From Minutocellus sp. GHC0000111 (Eukaryota): a DNA stretch of 64,000 nucleotides. Shown one piece after another: positions 31,792 to 43,391 of this stretch. The stretch covers positions 4,154,001-4,218,000 of the forward strand of contig OZ361257.1 of assembly GCA_977018835.1 (NCBI GenBank), given 5' to 3'. Positions within the stretch are counted from its first letter, which is position 1, and the number at the start of each line of letters is the position of its first letter. The notes under the pieces are model-generated. The model saw only the letters and a list, made by a program, of their open reading frames with translations. It searched no databases and was not told the origin of the DNA. The translations under genes and the position numbers were made by a program.

Positions 31792-33027
31792 ATGGTCCTC
31801 AATCTGAAACCGGCAACGGCCCTGGTGGCCCTCCTCACCGCCGATGCCCTCTCCCTGACCGCCGCCGAACGGGCTCGTCGGGAGCAGTTCCTGGCAGCAG
31901 CAGGTAGCGACAACAAGAAGGAGCGGATGGCGTCGAACCTTGTGCTGGATGCGGAATTCCACCGGGCCATGCTGGCCAACTCGGCCGCCCCCGAAGCCGC
32001 CAACAAACCTCTCATGGTGCAGTTGACCGGTGCTCGAGGAGGTGCCGGCGGTGTCCGCGAAAAGTTTGCCGAGCAGCCGCGCATCCAGCGCCTTTTGGCC
32101 AACATCCGTCGCAAGCGGGCGCTGGCCGGCACCGTCCAGCGCGGTGTTGACAAGGCCGGCGAGGAGACGGCCAAAGTCGATACTGAGATTGAGGAGATTC
32201 CGGCAGAGAAGGAGGATGAAATGTTGGAGCTCATGGAGTGCTCCCTCGACGCTGACGGTGGTGATCTGCCCGAGGAGGAAATTGAAGACGTCGGCCTACT
32301 CTCTGCCGGTGCCGGTACTGGCTGCGACGACGGATATGCCTGCGTCGCTTCCGACGAGTCCACCCTCGGCGGCCTGTGCACACCCACCGACACACCCACC
32401 ACCGTTGCCACCGCCCGCTCCCTCCAGGGATACTGCCCCACCGGCTGTCCCGCCAAGGTGTGCGAATGCTACGAAAACTACGACATCGAAAATCCGGACT
32501 GCATCGACGCCCTGGTCGAATCCTGCCGGGACGGATCGTACGTCAACTACTGCGGCCCCACCGACAAGCTCGAGCAGGCCTACGCCCAGGCCTACTGCGA
32601 TGCCTACGTCTGCCTCAGCGACGTCGGCCTGACCGACGCCATCGCCGGCGACGAAGTGTGCGACGTCACCGACAGCCGCTGCACCGGCTGCTACTGCACC
32701 CTGTACTCCAGCCTGTGCAACATCTTCGAGCCCATCTGCCAGCAGGGCAGCGACGCCTACGTCTGCTACGACATCGACTACGCCTGCTCCATGAGGGATT
32801 GCTGCGCCGAGTTCGGGGCCGACGATTGCGTCGGGGACATGATGGACAGCTACATGCCCACCCCGTCCCCCGGAAGTGGTGGGGTTCCGATCGGTGGTCA
32901 GCCCACCGACATGGACGACTCCACCAGTGGCGCCGGGTCGGATCTGTTGATGTCCGGTGGTGGGAGGTATGCGTTGCTCGGAGCCTCGGCGGTTGCGGCC
33001 GCCGGAATTGCCCAGACACTGTTCTAA
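31792..33027 (+). CDS. Secreted Cys-rich acidic cell-surface protein, probable GPI anchor (paralog A)
   Basis: Signal peptide, pro-region, RXL site ARSLQ, Cys/Tyr/Asp-rich domain, spacer and hydrophobic C-terminal tail. Confidence 0.82.
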   Translation: MVLNLKPATALVALLTADALSLTAAERARREQFLAAAGSDNKKERMASNLVLDAEFHRAMLANSAAPEAANKPLMVQLTGARGGAGGVREKFAEQPRIQRLLANIRRKRALAGTVQRGVDKAGEETAKVDTEIEEIPAEKEDEMLELMECSLDADGGDLPEEEIEDVGLLSAGAGTGCDDGYACVASDESTLGGLCTPTDTPTTVATARSLQGYCPTGCPAKVCECYENYDIENPDCIDALVESCRDGSYVNYCGPTDKLEQAYAQAYCDAYVCLSDVGLTDAIAGDEVCDVTDSRCTGCYCTLYSSLCNIFEPICQQGSDAYVCYDIDYACSMRDCCAEFGADDCVGDMMDSYMPTPSPGSGGVPIGGQPTDMDDSTSGAGSDLLMSGGGRYALLGASAVAAAGIAQTLF

Positions 33028-33395
33028 GGATGAGAGAGTTGCGCCAGAGTTTCTTCTAAAATGGCTCTTACGTGTATTGTTGCACCGTAATTCCAGTTAC
33101 CGGTAGATCCAAAGGTTCAATATATGTGTAGAAATTATTAATGGACAATAATGCATGAGAATAGAATAAACGAAAGATCCCCGGCAGAGGTTTTCATCCT
33201 GCTTGCTTGCTTATCTTCCTCTCTCCTCTCTTCAGTTTTTTTTCGATTTTGCCGCCGCGGGATTTGTGAAGATTTCGCAGCTTGTGCTGCTTGACGACCA
33301 AGCAATCTTCAGCAAGTGGTGCAAATTCTGCTGACCTCACATTTGACGCCGTGCGTAGCCGCGTGCCAAGCAAACCAAAAGATACGGCTGCCACC

Positions 33396-34580
33396 ATGGC
33401 CCCCAATATCAAGCCAGCGACGGCCTTTCTTGCGCTCCTTTCCGCCGATGCCCGCTCTCTAACGGATGCCGAACACTCGCGCCGAGTGGAACCCCTTGGC
33501 GGCAGTGCATCTGAGAACGCGAAACAGGACATCGGCCGACTTGTGCGCAATGTAGATGCCGAGTTCACGGCCGGTAGCGATGGAGAAGGAGGTGCCAGCG
33601 ACAGCATGGTGACGAAGCAGCTTGGTGGCGGCGGCGGCGTTCGGTCGTTGTCAGGTAATGCCAGGGAAAGGTTTGTACAACAGCCGCGAATTCAGCGACT
33701 GCTCGAGGATATCAAGCGCAAGAGGGAACTGACCGGTACCGTCAAGCGAGGCATCAACGAGCAGAAAGATGACACGTCCCTCGTCGAGTGTTCCCTTGAT
33801 GTCGAATTGCTCGAGGGAGGAGAATTCGATGGCGCCGAGAAAGATATTGAAGATGTCGGCCTACTCGGCAAATGTGACCACGGATATGCTTGCGTCGCCT
33901 CCGAAGCCTCCAAGAGGTTTGTGCTCCCCTGTCTCAGACGCTGCATCTAGGCTACCGAACGCACCCTCCAGCAGCCAAAGGACGAGTGCCTCCCGGGATG
34001 TCCTGCCGAGGTGTGTGAGTGTCTCGCCATGGGCCCAAATGACGAGGGGTACGATTACGATGCCTGCCTTGAAGCCACTGTCGATTCCTGCCGCGACGGA
34101 TCGTACCTTGCCTGCCAGCCAATCAACAACTCGGTGGAGGATGCATACACTCAGGTATTCTGCGACGCGAACATTTGCGTGGCTGATAACGGTTTGCTGA
34201 CGGGTGCAGTGCCGGACAAGTACACCTACGGCGAGTGTGCCTGCGCCCAATATGTCAGTTACTGCGCCAACTTCCGTCCCATCTGTGAGGCCGAAGGGAT
34301 GAGCACCGGTGCCTACAACGTGTTCGTGTGCGATGAGGGGGTCCTCGACGCAGTTTGCGAGATTGCTGAATGCTGCGAAAACGGCGGGAGCAGCGCCGAG
34401 TGCTTTAGTTACAGCTTCGCGCCCACCCCCGAGGGCAGCTTCGTGCCAACATCTTCGCCTCTCGACGGCGACGATGGATCTTCCACCGGGCCTCCAAGTG
34501 ATGCTGCAAAACTAACCATTGCAAATGCTTTCCTTGGAACCTTGGTGGCTGTAGCTGGCCTTATTCAGTCACTGGTTTAG
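33396..34580 (+). pseudogene. Tandem paralog B of the Cys-rich GPI-type protein; frameshift at ~33914
   Basis: Clear similarity to paralog A (KPATA, QPRIQRLL, ECSLD, EDVGLL, GYACVAS, SCRDGSY). Alignment to SDESTLGGLC implies a ~5-nt deletion after SEASK. Confidence 0.8.
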
Positions 34581-35090
34581 GAATTCCTTGAAGATCAGCG
34601 AAATGCGTTTTAATAATCAAGTAACACACATGTGGTGTGCCATAATAATGTACTTCGGATATCTGTTGATGGATGAAAGTTGGTGGAAGGAATGAGTTGC
34701 TCGGAGCCTTATCGTACATGTATCCAGAGACCAAAGAATATGATATATATGTGTAGCGTAGAATTCCATAAAATCTGTCAGTAAACGAGACAAAGTGATC
34801 AAATGGATCCATAATCTACTGGAGACTCCCTTTTCATATCTCTCTCGATCCGATCTGATCTCTCGCCTCCTTCTTTTGTCAGTCGAGCGAGTCTTTCTCG
34901 TTAAACATCTTCTGGCCGCCGTCCGTCGGAACGTGCCCGAATTCGATTTTCCTTACTTGTTTGGCTTCATTCTTGGCGAAGCCGAAGGGTGAAGGAAGCT
35001 CGAGACTTGAGGCGTATCCTCTTGTGTGCTACCACGTTGCCTTTGATATCCTCTTATTAATTTCCTTTAGAATCCATAATAATACTCGCA

Positions 35091-36823
35091 ATGTTCGCCC
35101 TGAACCGATCGGCGTCTCGCATCGCCTCGGCGTCTCTTGTCCGACGCGCCGCACCCGCCGCCGCGGGCACAAGTGCAGCGCAAATGTCCACCCGCTCCTC
35201 CGCAGGTGAGGCTCTCAACGAACGTCTCACCACCACCGACCCCGAGCTGTGCAACCTCATCGAGCAGGAGAAGGCCCGTCAGCGCTCCTCGCTGGTACTG
35301 ATTGCCTCCGAAAACTTTACCTCCCGTGCTGTTTTGGATGCACTGGGCTCCGTCTTGTCCAACAAGTATTCCGAGGGTTATCCCGGTGCCCGGTATTATG
35401 GCGGCAACGAGAACATTGACCAGGTCGAGCTGCTCTGCCAGAAGCGTGCTCTCGAGGCCTTTCACTTGGATCCCGAGGAGTGGGGCGTCAATGTCCAGAG
35501 TCTGAGTGGCAGCCCGGCCAACTTCCAGGTACGTTTGATGGATGTGCTGGTTTTGGATATATATTTATTGATTGAAATTTTGTGTCGAATAGATGCTCCT
35601 GGTGCAATGTAACATGCGTTCTGGTTCAATCATTTATGTGGATGTATTTCAGTATATCTCATCCGATGGCGTCTCTTTCAACATATTCGTTATGCTTGCA
35701 GGTCTACACCGCCCTCCTCGAGACGCATGATCGCATCCTCTCCCTCGACTTGCCCCACGGCGGCCATCTCAGCCACGGCTACCAAACCCCGACCAAAAAG
35801 ATTTCCGCGGTCAGCCGGTACTTTGAATCCATGCCCTACCGGCTCGACGAGTTGACCGGTACCATTGACTACGACCAGATGGAGCGCAGTGCCGAGCTGT
35901 TCCGTCCCAAGCTCATCGTGGCCGGTGCGTCGGCCTACTCCCGTCTCATCGACTACGAGCGCATCCGTCAGATTGCCGACAAGGTCGGTGCGTACGTGTT
36001 GTCGGACATGGCGCACATTTCGGGTTTGGTTTCGGCCGAGGTCATTCCATCGCCCTTTGCCTATTCGGATGTGGTCACTACCACCACCCACAAGTCGTTG
36101 CGTGGTCCTCGCGGAGCCATGATCTTCTACCGCAAGGGACAGCGCGGAACCTACAAGAAGGGCAACCCGATCATGTGGGATCTGGAGTCCAAGATCAACT
36201 TTGCCGTCTTCCCTGGACTGCAGGGCGGGCCGCACAATCATACCATTGGTGCCCTGGCCACATGCCTGAAGCAGGCCAACACGGCCGAATTTGTCGAGTA
36301 CCAGAAGCAGGTGCTCAAGAATGCCAGTGCCTTGTCTACGAGATTGAATGAGCTGGGATACACTCTGGTCAGTGGCGGTACCGACAATCACTTGGTACTT
36401 GTGGACCTCAAGACCAGCCGTGGCATCGATGGTGCCCGAGTGGAGCGTGTGCTGGAGTTGGCATGCATTGCCAGTAATAAGAATACCATTCCTGGAGACA
36501 AGTCGGCCCTCACTCCTGGTGGTATTCGGATGGGAACTCCGGCGTTGACCTCGCGTGGATTCATGGAGAAGGACTTTGTCGAGGTGGCCAACTTCTTTGA
36601 TCGTGCGGTCGAGATTGCCGTCCGGCTCAAGTCGACCGATCAGGGCAAGAAGCTGAAGGGCTTCCGAGAGCTCTGTTCTGTTGGACCAAGTGTTGATCCG
36701 GAATTGGAACAGTTGCGGCATGATGTGAGTTCGTTCGCTGAGAGCTTCCCCACCGTTGGCTTTGACGAGGCAGAGATGGAATTCCAGGGGGAGTACAATG
36801 TTGATTTCCAAGTGGCAGCATAA
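35091..36823 (+). CDS. SHMT: Serine hydroxymethyltransferase, mitochondrial; intron 35529-35701
   Basis: Motifs [42 protein letters not shown] and GGPHNH; Arg/Ala/Ser-rich presequence; GT-AG intron joins PANFQ|VYTA. Confidence 0.97.
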
Positions 36824-37018
36824 GCGGTAACGATTGAATGGAGTAAGATGAACTGGAAAGCTGAAAGTGCTCCACGTTCATAACGGCACAGAGTACGAGT
36901 ACGGCGTCGTACGATACACCAATGGTAAACATACGTTTGATCTTAGTACTAGCTAGTATTAGCATACCTTCTTTTCTAATGTCTTTTATTTCTATAGTAT
37001 GGCTTCGTCGTCGATCTT

Positions 37019-37774
37019 TTAAATCTTGTTCTTTCCCTTGGCCTTGAGTGGCTTGGCCGCCTTGACCTTCTCGAATCCCCTGACTTTTTCGACGCACGAG
37101 CAGTCATCCATTTGCTTCTCACCATCGGTACAGGCATGGTCGCAGACAGTGTCTGGAGCTACGCACTCACAATCGTCGTTGTGGATGAGGTCACCATCGC
37201 AATCAACGGGGCAGACGCATGTGAAGTCGCAGGTAGCTGGGTCCTGGAAATCCCGAAGAACGATCTTGCCATCCTTAGCACAGTCGGGCTCCTCGCATAC
37301 GCAATCGGAGCTGCAATCGAGGGGAGATATCCAATCAAGCTCGAAGTTGTCTGGGCAGTCTCGCTCGGGGCATTCTTCGCATTTCACTTCACAATTTTCG
37401 TCGTATGCAGCCTCGTCGTCGTCACAGGTGGTCAGGAGAGCAGCTGCGAGAGCGTCTTGGTCGCAAACGTCGGGCTCGTCGGCACCACCACCTTCCTGTC
37501 CTTCGTGTCCTTTGAGGAGCTCTTCGAGTTTGCTCAGCTCACTCTCCAGATCCTGGATCTCTTGTTGGACCTGATCGTCGAGGGCACCGAGGTCGTCGGC
37601 TAGACCGTCGGTATCGTTTCCACTGAGATCGTCAATGACGTCGCCAAGATGGGACGGATCGTAGTTGACAGTGGCGTCGGCAGTTTGAACCTCTAGAGTT
37701 TGGCGAGGCTTGGCGTTCTTGCGAGCCGAGGCAGACTGGACGGCGAGGAGAAGGGCGAGGGTAGAAAGGCGCAT
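37019..37774 (-). CDS. Secreted coiled-coil + Cys-rich protein with basic tail (family member 1)
   Basis: Signal peptide MRLSTLALLLAVQSASA, acidic heptads, CxC repeats, Lys-rich tail. Confidence 0.8.
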   Translation of the reverse strand: MRLSTLALLLAVQSASARKNAKPRQTLEVQTADATVNYDPSHLGDVIDDLSGNDTDGLADDLGALDDQVQQEIQDLESELSKLEELLKGHEGQEGGGADEPDVCDQDALAAALLTTCDDDEAAYDENCEVKCEECPERDCPDNFELDWISPLDCSSDCVCEEPDCAKDGKIVLRDFQDPATCDFTCVCPVDCDGDLIHNDDCECVAPDTVCDHACTDGEKQMDDCSCVEKVRGFEKVKAAKPLKAKGKNKI

Positions 37775-38372
37775 GTTTATGATCTTGACGATGGACGGAT
37801 TTTCGTTCGCTTCGGTTGCTATGGAGCAGATTGTTCGAATTGTGAGCCGGTCTACATGCAAACGTGAAGCTTCTGGTGTGACGTGATGAAGGCAGAGCAG
37901 CAATAGCTGTGGTCGTTGATTGTCGGATTCTAATAAATCGTCCAGCACTTGGCTTTTTTACTTATGGATACGGGGCCGCATAACCTGCAAACCACCGGTG
38001 ATTTAGACCTACTTTTCAATTCTTATGACGGGTACGTGTGCGAGCGACACAAGACATCCTCGGACCGTCTCAAATGAATATGCCCGGGACGACCGAGGGC
38101 ATATCAAAGAAACCAGGGCATAAGAAATACCCGGCCGTGAATGTTTGACGATCACATGACTGCGCGCATAAAAGAGCAAAACCTTGCCTACTATATTGCA
38201 AAACCGCAAGGAACATGTATATCCAACCCAAGATACCACTGTTTGACTTCGACAAGCAAGCGCTCATTATTTCACATCTCGAGCCACAACGAAGTGAAGA
38301 CGCAAGCCACTTCCTACTTCCTGCTTCGCTTTGTAACCTGACTGACCAATCACTGCCAATATTATCAACAAC

Positions 38373-39548
38373 ATGCGCCTCTCAACCCTCGCCATCGCTC
38401 TCGCCACCGTCGCGACAGTCCCTGCTGCATATGCTGCCGAGCTCGCCACTACGACCGACCTCAAAACTCTCAGCGAAGAACTGGCCGTAGAAGAACAAAA
38501 GATCACCGAAGAGATCAAGACCCTCGAGGCAGAACTCGGCACATACGAAACCACCACCGATGGCACCATCACCAGAACCGTCGATGATGGATCTTCCGAA
38601 CCCACTGGAACAACCACCGATGGGACTGCCACCAGAACCATCGACGATGGATCTACCGAAACAACCACCCCAGTCGATGGATCTACCGAACCTAACGACA
38701 CCACCGACGACAAAACACTCACAACAACAATTACCGAGCCCTGCCCAATGCAAGCGATGGTCATGTGCAACGACGAGACGCACGACACCATCACAAGAGA
38801 AGTTGAAGGGTGCGGCACCTACTACGACTGCGTCCCCAAGGAAACCGCAGAGCCCTCTCTCTGCATCGGTGCCGAAGATTTGTCCTCCGACACCACTATC
38901 TGCCAGAGACACCTCGACGTCGACGGCGACTGCTACGCATTCAGGTGCGCCACTGTCGACCCTCCTCCGCCGACCTACTGCGATGGATCTGTCGAAGATC
39001 CCACCTCATGCCCAGCCGGCGTTTCTGAAACGCACGATGGTGCCAACGGATGCATTCTCATGCAGTGCGTAGAGAAGACATGTGATCGGCTTACCGCCTA
39101 CTCTCTGGTCGAGGACTGTCCCATGGGTAGCTCTCTTCACTTTGTTGAGGAGACATGTTCCTACGAATGCCAGGAATGCGAGGCCAAGTGTCCCTACGAA
39201 GCGCAGGAAATGAAGTTCACAACCATCAACTCCTGCGACGTCATGTGCAGCTGCCCAGCGGCCAGCTGCCCGACTGGACAACTTCTGGTATCTCGTGAGG
39301 CCGACTGCAGCATCAACTGCCAAACTCCCTGCACTCCCCTAACTTGTGCCGATGGAGAGTACCTCGTTAAAATCGATGAAAATCGAGATTCAGATTCCTG
39401 CAACTACGAGTGCCAAAAACTTCGTATCAAACGCAACGGCGGAGGCGGTGGCGGAGGCGGTGGCAAGAAGACAACGACCGATGGAGATGGTACCACCACC
39501 AAGCCCTGCCGTGGCAAGAACTGCAAGAGAAAGAATCTTCGTGCATAG
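38373..39548 (+). CDS. Secreted coiled-coil + Cys-rich protein with basic tail (family member 2)
   Basis: Signal peptide MRLSTLAIALA, TDLKTL heptads, DGS/T repeats, Cys-rich repeats, GGGGKK...KRKNLRA end. Confidence 0.85.
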   Translation: MRLSTLAIALATVATVPAAYAAELATTTDLKTLSEELAVEEQKITEEIKTLEAELGTYETTTDGTITRTVDDGSSEPTGTTTDGTATRTIDDGSTETTTPVDGSTEPNDTTDDKTLTTTITEPCPMQAMVMCNDETHDTITREVEGCGTYYDCVPKETAEPSLCIGAEDLSSDTTICQRHLDVDGDCYAFRCATVDPPPPTYCDGSVEDPTSCPAGVSETHDGANGCILMQCVEKTCDRLTAYSLVEDCPMGSSLHFVEETCSYECQECEAKCPYEAQEMKFTTINSCDVMCSCPAASCPTGQLLVSREADCSINCQTPCTPLTCADGEYLVKIDENRDSDSCNYECQKLRIKRNGGGGGGGGGKKTTTDGDGTTTKPCRGKNCKRKNLRA

Positions 39549-39553
39549 ACCTC

Positions 39554-39579
39554 TCTACATGTAGATATCTACATGTAGA
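39554..39579. repeat. Perfect 26-bp palindrome built of two TCTACATGTAGA units
   Basis: tctacatgtagatatctacatgtaga, 5 bp after the stop codon. Confidence 0.95.
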
Positions 39580-39961
39580 TTAATGAATTGCTACTAGTGT
39601 CAAATGTTTGTCTCAATATTTTACTACATGTAGCAGAGACTGCCGTCCTGTTGATTCAATTCTTGAAGTCTTCCTTTCTCAGTTACATCATGCGAAGCAA
39701 CATCAAGCGTCGCCTGGGCTGGCCCAGCCAGCCAAGAATCTGCGTAGGAATCATCTAACCCCGCAGGAGGGTCATCAACGATAACATTAATGCCCCCTTC
39801 ACAACATTAGTGCCCCTTGACATGCGTCTTGGCCCATAATCACAAACACGGATACGACCAACCCAAGGGGCCGCAAAGAACCGTTTTTGTTGCGAGCATC
39901 GGTTGGTTGCTCTTGCTCATACTTCTGAAAAGAACAATCGTATCTCCAAACGCACCGAACT

Positions 39962-40984
39962 ATGCGTCCATCAGCATCGTTCCTCCTCCTGTTCCTCTCT
40001 TCAGCGGCGACGACCTGGAGGACCGCCGCAGCCACTGCCACCAAAAATGGTTCAGTCCATCGTCGCGACCAGGGGGATACAATCACCGACCTCAAGACGC
40101 TCGAGGCCGAACTTGACAGCGAGATTGCGGCCGCCGAGGCTCTCGTCTGTCAGCTCGAAGGAGAAGCCTGTCCCGACGGGCATAACACCATTTACGACTT
40201 CGACCGCAACTGCATCTGCGACGATACGCCTCACTGCGAACCGGGCCAGGCCACCATCGCCGACAATGACCAGCACTGCTTCGACGATCTCGATTCTGTC
40301 AATAACTGCTACATGGTCGCCTGTCAGAGCCCTCCCATGCCAGTGATGTGCGCCACCATCGCCGTGGCATGCATGGAACCCCAAGTTGCTGTGCCCTACG
40401 TCGACGAACAGGGTTGCGAATATTATGTATGTGAGGATGTCACTCCCAGGGAGGAATGCAGCTTGACTTTCATCGCTGATCCGTGTCCAGATTGCGAAGG
40501 TTGGGTCGCCAACGAGGACTGCACCGGGGCGACATGCGTCGACTGCCGTGAAACCCTCCCTCCCGAGTACCAGTGCGAGGATCCTGCTCCGTGCGATCCC
40601 AGCACTCAAACGACCGTCACATCAACCGACGAGTTTGGTTGTGTTGTTCACACATGCTACGAGGTGTGCAATACCCTCACTGCCGAACCAACCGAATGCA
40701 CCGGTGCGTACGAAGTTCGCCAGATCGATCTCGGTGCCTGCACGGCAAGCTGTCGAGTAATGTGTCCCCAGCCCGTATGCGAAGAGGGCACAACCTTCAT
40801 TTTGCAAGACCGTGTCACATGTGAACCTACTTGCACAGAAACCGAGGTCGTTGCGACAAGGCAGGGTCGTGGAGGCGGTGGTGGCAAGAAGGGTGGTGAC
40901 GATAGTGCCATCGACGACAGATCCACTACCACCACCAAGGGCGGTGGTAAGAAGGGAGGCAACAAGAAGAATCTTCGTTGGTAG
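39962..40984 (+). CDS. Secreted coiled-coil + Cys-rich protein with basic tail (family member 3)
   Basis: Signal peptide, TDLKTLEAEL, Cys-rich repeats, GGGGGKK...KKNLRW end. Confidence 0.85.
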   Translation: MRPSASFLLLFLSSAATTWRTAAATATKNGSVHRRDQGDTITDLKTLEAELDSEIAAAEALVCQLEGEACPDGHNTIYDFDRNCICDDTPHCEPGQATIADNDQHCFDDLDSVNNCYMVACQSPPMPVMCATIAVACMEPQVAVPYVDEQGCEYYVCEDVTPREECSLTFIADPCPDCEGWVANEDCTGATCVDCRETLPPEYQCEDPAPCDPSTQTTVTSTDEFGCVVHTCYEVCNTLTAEPTECTGAYEVRQIDLGACTASCRVMCPQPVCEEGTTFILQDRVTCEPTCTETEVVATRQGRGGGGGKKGGDDSAIDDRSTTTTKGGGKKGGNKKNLRW

Positions 40985-41392
40985 CTCATTGGTCTCTCCC
41001 GATATTTACAGGATTAGGAGAGAATAGATCTAGATTTTCTTGCTTCATAGAGATGGCATGATGCAGTCCGTACAACATGTAATCGCCAAAGTGACCATTG
41101 TAGCATTGGTGATGCCTCTCTGCTTATGCTATCTGTTAATGCAATTTTTCATCTAACCACGCCATTACTCGAGAGGTCCTATCTGTAGCTGAGCCAACGA
41201 CCTCTTCCGTTGGATTCTAGTCTACGCCGAGCATCATGAGCTGACAAAAAAATGAGCATCCCTAGGCACACTCCCAGAGATCTCGTCTTTTCGCCCATCA
41301 GAAAACGGAGATGGCTGCATGCCTTGGAATTAATTGGACTGAGGAAGATGGGCGAAGATGACTGCTCATTCATTTCCTACGGCACCGAAGAT

Positions 41393-42064
41393 ATGGAGAA
41401 GGGCAAGCAACAAATTGCACTCCTCATAACAATTGGTATCTTTGTAGCACATGGTGCCCACGCATTTGCGGTCCCATCCCAGCTTCTGCGGCATACCGCT
41501 CAACCAGAGCTTCGTTCCCCTGAGAGAAACGATGGACCAAGATATCGTCACATACTATCTTCAACTTCGGCAAGATTTCGACAACGACTATCTGCTGCAC
41601 AAAGTGGCAACTCGCAAAGTTCAGCAAATGTGATCATCAATGAAAAAGGTCCCGGTAGTGGCCCATCTGCATCGCCTGGCGACATTGTCACTGTAAAATA
41701 TGTCGGGCGGCTACAATCTAACGGGAAGCAATTTGATGCCGGCACAATATCGTTCAAACTCGGTGCAGGCAAAGTCATACCGGGATGGGAACGGGGAATC
41801 GAAAAGATGCAGGCTGGTGGATCACGAAAGCTGCTAATACCGCCAGAGTTGGCATATGGACGAAATGGGGCTGGTGGGGGCATCATTCCGCCGAACGCTA
41901 CACTTGAGTTTGATGTGGAACTTGTTGGAATATCGAATGGTCCTATTGCAGAAGTTATTGCGGCAACTGGTATTGGATCGAATCCTCGAACGGCTCTTTT
42001 GGTTGTATTTCTCGGGCTCATTCCGTATCTCCTAAGCAATTTGACTTTTCCAGAGGATATGTGA
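41393..42064 (+). CDS. Plastid-targeted FKBP-type PPIase with C-terminal membrane segment
   Basis: AHA-FAV pre-sequence; GDIVTVKYVGRL..GKQFD..FKLGAGKVIPGWE..GGSRKLLIPPELAYG..IPPNATLEFDVEL. Confidence 0.9.
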   Translation: MEKGKQQIALLITIGIFVAHGAHAFAVPSQLLRHTAQPELRSPERNDGPRYRHILSSTSARFRQRLSAAQSGNSQSSANVIINEKGPGSGPSASPGDIVTVKYVGRLQSNGKQFDAGTISFKLGAGKVIPGWERGIEKMQAGGSRKLLIPPELAYGRNGAGGGIIPPNATLEFDVELVGISNGPIAEVIAATGIGSNPRTALLVVFLGLIPYLLSNLTFPEDM

Positions 42065-42242
42065 AATGCAACGAGAGGAGGGTATTACGTAAGAGTGTCT
42101 AAATATCCTTCCATCGATTAGATTTCGTGCACGCCATGAATTACAAAGAAATTTCTTTGACTTGCTATTTTAAATAGGCGGTCGATTGATGCAGTTCTAG
42201 AACGCTGTAGGAATATCAAATGCACATCATTATCAGGTGCCC

Positions 42243-42971
42243 TTAATGCAACGATGCACCTGGATCCATCCCAACCAAGGCAATTCCAACTGCGATCAGT
42301 ACAATACCACCCCAACCTCGAGTAGTCAGCCTTTCACCCAACCATAGTGCTCCCAACAAAGTGCCCATCACCACGCTACCACCAATAATTGCAGGAATGC
42401 TTTTGGATGCTGGTACACCAAGACCACTGATGATAAAGGAGAGGATTTCAGCCGCCCCAACAGCAGCTCCAGCGGCAATTGCCCAGCGCACGCCGAGCTT
42501 TGATATCTCCAGAGGAGCTGTAGCCCTCGCTTGTTGAACAGCCAACAACACCGCGCCTAAAGATGCAGCAACGATTTGGAGCAATACACCGCCCAGTATC
42601 GGATCCATTGATGCCGATGCCTTCTTGATGAAGAGATTGTACAAGGCATAGCTAAGAGCACAGGCGAAGGCAGGGCCGGCCCATACAGAAAGCGCGGGAG
42701 CTGTTGATGTTGCCGAGAGAACAACTGAAGCACCGCCTCGGAGATTTATCGGGTATCTGATAATATGTGTGCGTTTGTTAGTGTGGCGGAGGAGTGCAGT
42801 ATTGCTTGGCTCCCGTCCGTGCGTCAGTGTTGTTGACACCTTCTTTGTTTGAGGATGTGGCTGGCGCCGAAAGCTGCTAACGCGGATGCCGTCGTTCAAA
42901 CGGAAACTCATGATGTCAACCGCAGACAAGAGGACGACGAAGAGAGCGGAAAACAATTTGCTGTGATTCAT
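42243..42971 (-). CDS. Small DMT/EamA-like membrane transporter with N-terminal targeting sequence
   Basis: About five hydrophobic helices ending LGERLTTRGWGGIVLIAVGIALV. Confidence 0.75.
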   Translation of the reverse strand: MNHSKLFSALFVVLLSAVDIMSFRLNDGIRVSSFRRQPHPQTKKVSTTLTHGREPSNTALLRHTNKRTHIIRYPINLRGGASVVLSATSTAPALSVWAGPAFACALSYALYNLFIKKASASMDPILGGVLLQIVAASLGAVLLAVQQARATAPLEISKLGVRWAIAAGAAVGAAEILSFIISGLGVPASKSIPAIIGGSVVMGTLLGALWLGERLTTRGWGGIVLIAVGIALVGMDPGASLH

Positions 42972-43391
42972 GTTCGTTCTGCTGCTCTTGGACTAACCGT
43001 GTAGGAAGGGTGAGTTCGAGCTGTCACCACAGCAACGGCGAGGACCAAGGCTGAAAGTAGCAAAGAAACCCGGAGAAAATTACCGAGAGCAATCGCCTGT
43101 CGTACCGGCGCTTGCAGCGATAACAAAGCTTTGCGGTGGCGGAAGACAAAGGAATATGGGGAGGTCCTTCTTCACTGTTGGTCTAGTGGACCTCGGGTGG
43201 TCTGTGGCACTATCTGTGACCGGGATGGCGAGCCCGTTGTGGCGAAGGCTGATTTTCAGTAGAGAGCAGATTTACAATACTGGGCTCAACTCAGTATAGT
43301 TCGGTCCAAGTAGTAAGAGACCATGGCGGACTAACGTAGTATGGAATACAAATGCCAGCTACTGTGTATTGTTATTTATTGACTGGTTGAG

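Noticed and set aside
35690..36811. 373-aa antisense ORF over SHMT (and similar shadows at 44391-45332, 58248-59084, 31665-32456)
   Set aside because: These are antisense shadows produced by codon bias of the real gene and show no independent motifs.
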